From Eledone cirrhosa (taxonomy: Eukaryota), in NCBI GenBank assembly GCA_964016885.1, contig OZ024742.1:317626001-317690000 (forward strand): a stretch of 64,000 bases of DNA. Reading direction: 5' to 3'. Within the stretch, counting starts at the first letter, position 1. The number at the start of each line of letters is the position of its first letter. A model generated the notes under the pieces. The model worked only from the letters and a program-made list of their open reading frames with translations, did not search any database and was not told the DNA's origin. The position numbers and the translations under genes are program-made. Shown here piece by piece: positions 55,839 through 64,000 of this stretch.

Positions 55839-56019
55839 AGACATTTCAACTGAGTGTCTGGAATACATTGAAAAGAGACTCAACATGAGACATTTGTTGT
55901 TATAGTTGGTGCAGCTATAGAAATTAGATCCAACCTGCATATTGGTGCACCTAAATAAATGCTATTGATCTCTGCATCGAGTCAATGTGCAAACTGAAAT
56001 GCGAGGAAATGAAGAAAAA

Positions 56020-56113
56020 GGAAACATACTCATACACACGTACATATGCATACATATATATACACCAATGTATATATACACCAATATATATATACCATGG
56101 TATATAGACACAC

Positions 56114-56173
<60 letters not shown>

Positions 56174-56231
56174 GCACCAAGTTATATAGACACACATACA
56201 TATATACACGATCACATATATATATGCTTTC
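56020..56231. repeat. Compound (TA)n/(CA) low-complexity region
   Basis: (TA)n ~56118-56172, plus repeated caccaa...tatatagacac motifs. Confidence 0.9.
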
Positions 56232-56469
56232 GTGTATACATATGTGTTCGTGTGTATATGTACGTGTGTATATGTCTATATGGATTGTTGTATATATATA
56301 TATATGTATTCGTGTACATATGTATCTGTACCTTGGTGTGTATATATATATTGGTGTATATATATATATATACACGTACATCTACAAACGAACACACACA
56401 CATATATATATATACACCAATATAGTGGTGTATATATATATATGTGTATGTGTTCGTGTGTATATGTAC

Positions 56470-56519
<50 letters not shown>

Positions 56520-56647
56520 CAATATATATATACACACCAAGGTATATAGACACAGATACATATGTACACGAATACATATATATATATACAACAATACATA
56601 TAGACATATACACACGTACATATACTCACGAACACATATGTATACAC
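56232..56647. repeat. Long spacerless imperfect palindrome within TA/CA low-complexity DNA
   Basis: Arms pair about the centre 56422|56423 (CACCAATA|TAGTGGTG). They differ by (TA)n length, an 8-bp indel and a few substitutions. Confidence 0.9.
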
Positions 56648-56689
56648 CAACGCATTTACACACAAAGGTATATAGACACAGAACACAAA

Positions 56690-57235
56690 GACACACTAAT
56701 ACATATACACACAAACACATATACACATAAACACATATAGAGGTAAACACATATACACACAAACACATATACACATAAACACATATACACATAAACACAT
56801 ATACACATAAACACATATACACATGAATAAACATACACATGAATACATATACACATAAATACATATACACACAAATACACATACACACTAACACATACAC
56901 ACTAACACACATACACGCCAACACATATATACACCAACACATATACACATGAATCCATATACACACTAACACATATACACACTAACACATATACACACCA
57001 ATATATATATACACCAAAGCATATACACACGAGCACATATACACACTAACACATTGGTGTGTATATACACACCAATAAATCTATACACCAACACATATGC
57101 ACACGAGCACATATACATACTAACACATATACACGCAATACATATACACACGAACACTTATATATACCAATGCATATACTCACCAACACATATATACACC
57201 AACACATATACACACAAACATATATATACACATGA
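56690..57235. repeat. Degenerate 16-bp minisatellite (AAACACATATACACAT)
   Basis: Four perfect tandem copies at 56761-56824, decaying on both sides. Confidence 0.85.
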
Positions 57236-57660
57236 ATTCAAAAATATACGAACATTTATTTGTGCCGTATATGTGTGTGTAGATTTATGTGTATGTTTGT
57301 GCCTCTGTGTAACACATACAAATATGTGCACATATGCATACACAAATACACAAACATACATACAGAGATACATATGACATATATATGTATGCGTGTTTCA
57401 GTGTGTATTTTATTATATATTGGGTCGTCTAGTATTAAATTAGTAGAAATTTGTAACAAAAAGATAAATTTCTACAAAATTCATACTTGACGACCCAATA
57501 CAACCTTTTGCGTACATATACATACGAACATAAGCATACACGTGTTTGTACATATATCCACTCATATCTTAACCACTCTCTTACATACACGTCTATGTTG
57601 GTGCACGCAAGTATTTTAACACGCATACGGGAAAAAGTGGAGTGCAGCAAACTAACAAAG

Positions 57661-57710
57661 AAGCCTCTACCCGGTAGCTTGTTATGCTAGAAATATTAGC
57701 CAAATTTTCA
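57661..57710 (-). mobile_element. Fragment of dispersed repeat family, copy 3 (inverted)
   Basis: gctagaaatattagccaaattttc is the reverse complement of the gaaatttggctgctatttctagc motif. Confidence 0.55.
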
Positions 57711-57761
57711 TAAAATTTCGCTTCACCATCTTAGAACAGGGAATGTTGGTTAACATGATCT

Positions 57762-57825
57762 GGGATTCCCTGCAAAAATCCAGGAAAAATGTCCTAGGAA
57801 GAATGTCACAGGAGAAAAAATCAGA
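57762..57825 (+). mobile_element. 14-bp tandem GGAARAATGTC-type repeats, possible DNA-transposon (MULE-like) terminus
   Basis: ggaaaaatgtccta / ggaagaatgtcaca / ggagaaaaaatcag in tandem. Resemblance to Mutator-type subterminal repeats is from memory, and no partner end was found. Confidence 0.25.
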
Positions 57826-57883
57826 TTTTATAAAAATACTATAAAAACTAGGTAATATATTAAAAAAAGATGAAAACACGCAC

Positions 57884-57924
57884 GTGTCTGTGTGTGTGTA
57901 TGTGTGTGTGTGTGTGTGTGTGTA

Positions 57925-58018
<94 letters not shown>

Positions 58019-58039
58019 TGTGTGTGTGTGTGTGTGTGT
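57884..58039. repeat. (GT)n microsatellite
   Basis: Long TG run with few interruptions. Confidence 0.98.
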
Positions 58040-59011
58040 TTGAAAAGGGAGTTGAAAATGCAATTGGAGTCATTAAGAAGGTTTATTTACAATAACTTAT
58101 ATTATTACCGGTTTTACTTTCATGATTTTCAAAAGTTAAGAGAGATTGAGAGATGTGTGGCTATGCCGTCGTGTAACTTGCATTCATATATATATATATA
58201 TATATATATGAAACACCTACAGAGTTACTTCACCGCCTGATGATACATCGGTTCCTGCATCCGGTGACGGAGTACAGCAGCACCTCAGCACAGATCTGCG
58301 TTTAATAAGCACTCTATATATATATGCATGTATGTATGTATATTTGTTAGTAGAAGTGTTGTATAAAGGCTGTCGAGAAATTGTCTTATAGTTAATGAGT
58401 GGTGTGTGAGAAGAATTACTAAAAATTTAGATACAAGCTTGATACGAATGCTGTCAAATTCAATTTTCAGTAGAGTTTTACAAATATAGGTAAGGAAAAT
58501 CACAGATATTTTATTTAATTTTAACAAATTTTGTTATCAATGGTATCTATTGTTGTAGTGGACAGTGTGACGAAGGAGATACACTGAAAGTATTCATCCA
58601 GCTCACGAAGCTCGGTCTTGCGGATGGCCATCAGGGAGATTGTTCGAGAACCAAAAAATCTTTTGCACAGGCTAGCCAATGGATTTGATGAGAAACCTAT
58701 CAAAATGTAGCTGGTATTTAGTGAGCTTGCGATCTTCAACATGCTGGAGGACGGGGACTGGGTCAGACGCTGATTTCACGAGGTTGCCGCTGAAGAAAGT
58801 AACGCTGCAAGCCACGTCTCAGATAAGTGACTTAGATTACTAAATTATCATCATATTGTATGTGTTTGGGAACCTGGTTTAACTCTAAAAGTAAGTATGT
58901 TACTAAGGTATAGAAATGATTAAGCATTAATTTCTAATAGCAACAGATTATCAAAACATAGAAATTGTAGGAACCTGATATAATATTAGAAGAGTATGTG
59001 TATTTGTAAAG

Positions 59012-59145
59012 CATGATTGGGCAACGTTTTTCAAGCAGGGTGTGGTTCATCATAAGTCGGGCCGCACTACTAAAACCATCAAAGCAATTTTGAAATTACG
59101 CGTGCCATTCAGAAAGCCAAACGGGTCGCATTTTGCCCATGACTG
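59012..59145. mobile_element. Possible degenerate hAT-type MITE
   Basis: Imperfect terminal inverted repeats CATGATTGGGCAA ... TTGCCCATGACTG (9/13 match) and internal GGGCCGCA/GGGTCGCA motifs. The 8-bp flanks ttgtaaag / ttcaaatg match only 5/8. Confidence 0.3.
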
Positions 59146-59483
59146 TTCAAATGTGTGTCATGTGTTGGTTCTTATTATTAGGGAGATATATGTGTTTATG
59201 GGGGGTGAAAATGATATTTCATAATAATTATGAAGGTAATGATACATTTGTGTTCTCCAAAAGATAACCGAGCCCGTTGGCAAGTATTTCATTGAAGAGA
59301 ATTATAATTTATATCTGATGGAAGAATTCATGTCAGTAAGTACTGTGAAGAAAATCTTGTTATCCACCTACACTCTTTAAGTAAACTTTAATCTGTTGGG
59401 ACATGATTTATCATTCAATGTTAGATCTCGAAAGTGATTAGGGATTAGAGAGAATAGAGTGAAGATTAATGGGATTAATGTTG

Positions 59484-59651
<168 letters not shown>

Positions 59652-59939
59652 CAGACGTACTGATAAATTGAATTGTCAAAGCTGGTGGGAGCACATTAGT
59701 AGAATATATAGAATCATATCATACTTAATATAGAACGTAAAAGTATTAGACCAAATACGACCGCTCTGATATAAACACAATCTATGGATGAAATATTATA
59801 TCAAATAGGGAAAGATGAATGAATAGGAAAAGGAAAACTGAAAGAATTTATGATGGATAAATGTTAGAAAGTAAAAGGTATTAAATAGAAAGCATGAAGT
59901 ATAGAAGATAAACTTAAAGCTTAAGCTAAACCTGAAATC

Positions 59940-60111
59940 CTTGAATGCGATGGATCAGTGTGGTTCCACCAAAATGATTGAAACCAATAAAAGAATAAAG
60001 GTATACAAACTTTTATTAGAATAAAAGTATACATAGAAAGAATAAAAGTATACATACAAGGGCGGTGCCCCAGCATGGCCTCATCCGGATGGCTGGAAGA
60101 GGTAAAAGAGT
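59940..60111 (+). mobile_element. Two diverged tandem SINE 3'-end fragments
   Basis: gcgatggatcagtgtgg...aataaaagaat (~59948-59997) aligns without gaps to gcggtgccccagcatgg...gtaaaagagt (~60062-60111) at 29/50 by hand count. The motif resembles an octopus SINE tail from memory. Confidence 0.5.
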
Positions 60112-60112
60112 A

Positions 60113-60113
60113 T

Positions 60114-60200
<87 letters not shown>

Positions 60201-60233
60201 GTCTGTGTGTGTGTCTGTGTGTGTGTATGTGTG

Positions 60234-60268
<35 letters not shown>

Positions 60269-60297
60269 GTGTATGTGTGTGCACGCATGTGTGTGTA
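60113..60297. repeat. Compound (TA)n-(GT)n-(GTCT)n microsatellite
   Basis: Directly visible. Confidence 0.97.
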
Positions 60298-60683
60298 TTG
60301 ATAGTCTGCGGTACGGGGACCAGGAAGACCACAAATCAGAGAAGTACTCAAGGCAGAGTGGGTATATTAGTAAAAGTAGAGGATCGATCACGAACTCAAT
60401 GGTTTCAGTTATTTACCTCTAGCCGACACTGACCATCTGCAGAGTGCCCCCAATCCTGAAACCCCGTCCCCCTCTCCCTAATTATATACAAATGTGAGTT
60501 GTACATCTTCGTCCTATCTTATAGATTTAAGGACTTGGGTGTGATAATTAAATGTTCTTTTTTTAATTTTTTAATTCTAAATTTCAAATTATGATTTCAT
60601 TGATTATTGATCCAACGGAAGTTTTTGCTCAAAAGCAAAAATATCACTTCGTTTAACCACCGTTTGCTTTTCATAATGAAGAC

Positions 60684-60926
60684 GTGTCCTTGAGAAAGAC
60701 ACTTTATTCCACGTTACACCAGTCACTCAGCTGGCAAAATGAGTTATACCTGTAATTCAACGTGCCAGCCTTGTCTCATATTGTGCCACTCTAAATCTCC
60801 CTGAGAACTACGTTAATGGTATGTGTATTTGTGGAATACTCAGCCACTTGCACGATAATTTCATGAGCATTATGTTCCGCTGATCAAATCAACTGAAACA
60901 CTCGTCGTTGTAACCGACGAAGTGCC
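60684..60926 (+). mobile_element. SINE (5'-truncated) with CORE-like segment
   Basis: Starts GTGTCCTTGAGAAAGACACTT, similar to the MIR/CORE GTGACCTTGGGCAAGTCACTT. An inverted partial copy lies at 61633-61774, and the 5' part is shared with 62501-62565 and 63475-63540. Confidence 0.75.
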
Positions 60927-61442
60927 TCTTTTTTACTTTTCACACTCAGGCTAAAAATATGGGTTTACTAAAATCAAACGCTGTTTATATAACATAACCA
61001 CAAACACAGACATTACTGTATTAATTTGTGTGTGTATATATGGGTGTTTATGTGTGTGTTTATATGCATGTATGTGTGTGTTTGTGCCTGTGTGTTGACT
61101 AGAATATTTTTCCTCAAACTTATTACTGGTGTTTGTTTTATTTTATTTATTTTTATTTAATTTCCAGTCATGTTTTTCTGGATCGGACAGTTAATTATAC
61201 ATTCCACATTTCACGTAGGATTAAATAAATATTGTTAATCCGCTATTGATGATATATTCCTGGTTACAAGAGATTAGTCGAATGCCTGTTGATCCCACGC
61301 ACAATTCCAAACAATAAATATTTATCCTTTTGTTTATTTTATTTTAGTGGACTTTGGAGTGTGGATTTAAAGAAATGGAAGCTTCCTTACGGCTTCTAAC
61401 CACATGTGAACACATGAAAACACACTTCGACGACCTTACAAT

Positions 61443-61482
61443 ATGTTTGGACTCACTCACTAATGTTTGGACTTACTCTCCA
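61443..61482. repeat. 20-bp tandem duplication
   Basis: atgtttggactcactcacta / atgtttggacttactctcca. Confidence 0.8.
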
Positions 61483-61632
61483 TTTTTAATTAATTTTATA
61501 CATTTAAACTCGGAGGTTGCCTTCTGAATGTGTCGACCAGAATTAATAATTAAGATGAGTTTTTTCCTCAATGTTTGTTCAGCATGGTAGAACTTATTTT
61601 ACGAGAATGGACAATAAGTGTTACAGAAGTTC

Positions 61633-61774
61633 GATCAACGGAACAGCCTGCTTGTGAAATTAATTCACAAGTGATTGAGCAACACAGACACGTGTACCAT
61701 TAAGTTAATTCTCATGCAAGAGTGACATTCAGAATGACTCAATGTGTGACAACGCAGGCATTTTGAATTATAGG
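61633..61774 (-). mobile_element. SINE fragment, same family as 60684-60926, inverted
   Basis: gatcaacggaaca...gaaattaattcacaagtgattgag...ttgaattatagg is the reverse complement of 60749-60885, with substitutions and small indels. Confidence 0.75.
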
Positions 61775-61786
61775 CATAATCCATTC

Positions 61787-61942
61787 GACAGTCTTCCAAA
61801 CACTTTCTGTCTACCCAATTTCACTCACAACTCTTAGATCATCTCGTAACTATAGTAAATGACACTAAGATTCCACAAAATGGTATCAAACCTGAGACCT
61901 TTAAGATTGCGAATTGAGCGTTTCAACCATTATGCCATACTG
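61787..61942 (-). mobile_element. Highly diverged tRNA-derived SINE
   Basis: The minus strand reads CAGTATGGCATAATGGTTG...CAGGTTTGATACC (A/B-box-like), then GTGTCATTTACTATAG...TTGTGAGTGAAATTGGGTAGACAGAAA. This resembles an abundant octopus SINE from memory. Confidence 0.55.
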
Positions 61943-62307
61943 ATTCCTCATTTTACTAAAAATGAATTTTTATTTAGTCTAATGATACACAGCTTAATGC
62001 AAGGAGACTGCCATTGTACCATTCCATAGTTTCGGTTGTCTACGGTGTGATTTATCTCCTGCTTCGTTGCATAATACAATTAAAAGTCAATATATGTTTG
62101 GTGATCCATGACGTTTTCCTCTTGAAGCATCTTTTAAAATGGTTATTCGTTACTGGTTTATTCCACAGTTCTTGTGAATCGTAAGTCATTCTATCTAATG
62201 TTATATATATATAGCTAAAGCTCAATGTCCATTGTAATGTGGGTGTCTTAGTTCGGATGCCCGATATCTTATGGACTCCATTTACTCTGCGGAGAAGTGT
62301 ACGTATA

Positions 62308-62472
62308 GTTGTTGTTGTCTAGCCCTTAGTCAGCATTAATTTCATCAAAAGCGCTTTTTTTGTATACCAGGGAGTACGTAGTTGAATATAGGCTTCTCCA
62401 TTAAAAACTATACTGTGTGATATGAGAGTGATTTGGCTACTATTTCTAGCATGGCAAACGAGCCTATTTAGG
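62308..62472 (+). mobile_element. Dispersed repeat family, copy 4, preceded by a short (GTT)n
   Basis: gttgttgttgt then ...gagagtgatttggctactatttctagcatgg, the same motif as at 372, 745 and 57684. Confidence 0.55.
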
Positions 62473-62500
62473 TAAAATTGTTACACGTGTTACGAGTGTC

Positions 62501-62685
62501 ACGCGTTGTGTGTTTGAGCAAGTTATTTCATTTCCCGCTATTCCAGTCCACTAAGCTGAAAATGGAAACCATTGGCGGCTGGTGTGTTAGACCGACGACG
62601 TACTGATTGGAGTCTTGTACTCTCAATCAGTTAACACCTAACCTGTCTAACTCGCACAAGCATGGTAAATCGGATGTAAAATGAT
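62501..62685 (+). mobile_element. SINE fragment (CORE-like), same family as 63396-63590 in opposite orientation
   Basis: gttgtgtgtttgagcaag...aaaatggaaaccattggcggctgg...gagtcttgtact aligns with the reverse complement of ~63406-63540. Confidence 0.65.
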
Positions 62686-62790
62686 AACTCTTATCGAGTA
62701 TAGGAATTGTTAGGGCATACTTTAAAAATTGACTATTACTATGTTATTATCCTTTTGGAGTTCTACAGTGCATTATTGTTTAAGAGAACA

Positions 62791-62970
62791 TAATTTTTTC
62801 TACTTTTGGCACAAGGCCAGCAATTATCCAGTGCATTACTGGTACTTTATTTTATCGACCCCGTAAGGATGAAAGGAAAGTTAACCTCGGCGGGATTTGA
62901 ACTCAGAATGGCAAGGGCCGTAATTCTATGCGGTGTCTGACCCTCTACCGATACTGTCAATCCACCGCCC
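62791..62970 (-). mobile_element. Near full-length tRNA-derived SINE
   Basis: Minus strand: GGGCGGTGGATTGACAGTATCGG (A-box-like) ... GAGTTCAAATCC (B box) ... CCTTTCATCCTTACGGGGTCGATAAAAT ... GGCCTTGTGCCAAAAGTAGAAAAAATTA. Flanked by the direct repeat TGTTTAAGAGAAYATAATT (62777 and 62976). Confidence 0.85.
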
Positions 62971-62989
62971 CGATGTGTTTAAGAGAATA

Positions 62990-63079
62990 TAATTGTTTCT
63001 ACTTTTGGCACAAGGCCAGCAATTACCCAGTGTATTACTGGTACTTTATTTTATCGACCCCGTAAGGATGAAAGGCAAA
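62990..63079 (-). mobile_element. 5'-truncated copy of the same SINE in tandem
   Basis: Nearly identical to 62791-62880. Confidence 0.85.
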
Positions 63080-63395
63080 CTTTTATCCGCAAATTGGTAA
63101 GGCTGCGAATCTTATCGAATGCACTGAGATGTTTCAATCATATCTCTGATTTTACTAGCTCATATCTTATTAAATATTAAATAAACCACAAGAAGAAATG
63201 TTGATATGAGGTCGTATGGTTTGCATATAAAAATCTAGTTTTCCCTTTTCATACGTTTTTATAAATATATTACGAAACACATGCACATCCACATATTTAC
63301 ACCAAGAAAAACATCCTCAGAGGGTGAGTATTTCTGCTAGCATATACATATCTAAAGTCTAAAGTCTGTCTTAAGTCATTTAAGGCTCGTTAGGT

Positions 63396-63590
63396 CGGTG
63401 CTTATAAGTACAAGACTCACCCCTGGACAGGACGCCAGTCCATCGCAGGGTTAAACCCCCAGCTATTGATGGCACTCATTTTCTGCTGAGTATACTGTAA
63501 CAACATGAAATGAAGTGTTTTGCTCAAGAACACAACACGCAACTTGGCCCAGGAATCGAACACCCTTACCACGAGGCCACGTGCCTCCAC
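63396..63590 (-). mobile_element. tRNA-derived SINE with CORE-like segment
   Basis: Minus strand: A box TGGCCTCGTGG (63569-63579), B box GTTCGATTCC (63552-63561), then GTGTTCTTGAGCAAAACACTT and CCCTGCGATGGACTGGCGTCCTGTCCAGGGG. Confidence 0.8.
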
Positions 63591-63764
63591 ATGTACATAT
63601 ATATGGGGTTATTTTTATACACTTGTATGTTTGTATGACATTTTCAGTGCGTTTATTTAACTATACATACACTTATCTGTTCGTGTGTATAATTGTATAA
63701 ATGCATCGTATTAAGGTATCTATTTATTACCCTATTTATCAAATTAAATTTAACCTAATGCCCT

Positions 63765-63920
63765 CACCAACTGTAACAACTTCATCACCATCACTGCTAT
63801 CACCAAAGCCACCACCATTGATAACCATCCTCATCGCTGCGACAATTGCTGCAACTGCTAGACTCACAGATGCCAGCAACTTCAACTGCTGCCACAACTG
63901 TAGATCTTACTGTTACTACT
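63765..63920. repeat. Degenerate triplet-periodic (CAN/CTG/ACT) low-complexity tract
   Basis: caccaactgtaacaacttcatcaccatcactgct... C/A-rich, the opposite strand polarity to the giant array. Confidence 0.55.
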
Positions 63921-64000
63921 CCCCCATCCTCTTTTTAGCTGCTTATATGATTTTCAATCTTCAGCTGCAGTCAATACCGTTTAAGGTTGTTCAATTGTGT

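Noticed and set aside
46817-55849. ORF starting MKCLIIVSTLAQG (signal-peptide-like) followed by poly-Asn/Ser
   Set aside because: The start is TTG, not ATG, and the leader is the antisense reading of the SINE remnant. The nearby minus-strand ATG frame stops after 17 codons.
1438-55853. Plus-strand poly-Leu, poly-Val/Thr and Cys/Tyr ORFs of thousands of residues
   Set aside because: These are the three reading frames of (GTT)nACT with mostly TTG/GTG starts, i.e. compositional artefacts.
735-57710. Inverted copies of one repeat family flanking the array (735-800 plus, 57661-57710 minus) as termini of a giant transposon
   Set aside because: The copies are short and diverged, the family occurs four times in the window, and no target-site duplication is seen. 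Chance placement suffices.
62880-62970. tRNA gene
   Set aside because: The A/B boxes are followed by a SINE body and tail, and no convincing cloverleaf is present. The same applies to 63545-63590.

Overview
Eukaryotic, repeat-dominated window with no protein-coding gene that I can support. About 85% of it (~811-55792, core 1459-55792, ~54 kb) is one continuous trinucleotide-based satellite. It consists of (GTT)2 and (GTT)3 runs punctuated by ACT, i.e. 9-mers GTTGTTACT and 12-mers GTTGTTGTTACT mixed aperiodically. Rare variant triplets and recurrent 1-nt frameshifts act as markers and reveal nested higher-order duplications: ~1.3, ~1.9, ~2.2, ~3.2, ~5.8 and 7.117 kb, plus an older ~35 kb co-linear duplication. 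The array also has regional variant domains, a degenerate left edge and an abrupt right edge at a 45-bp SINE remnant. All giant ORFs in the track are reading-frame artefacts of this satellite. The flanks hold (GT)n/(TA)n/(CA)n microsatellites, a ~416-bp spacerless palindrome next to the array end, several tRNA-derived SINEs (two inverted pairs), a Helitron-like 3' end and weak DNA-transposon remnants. From memory, the SINE motifs and microsatellite density resemble octopus/cephalopod genomes; this is inference, not a database result.
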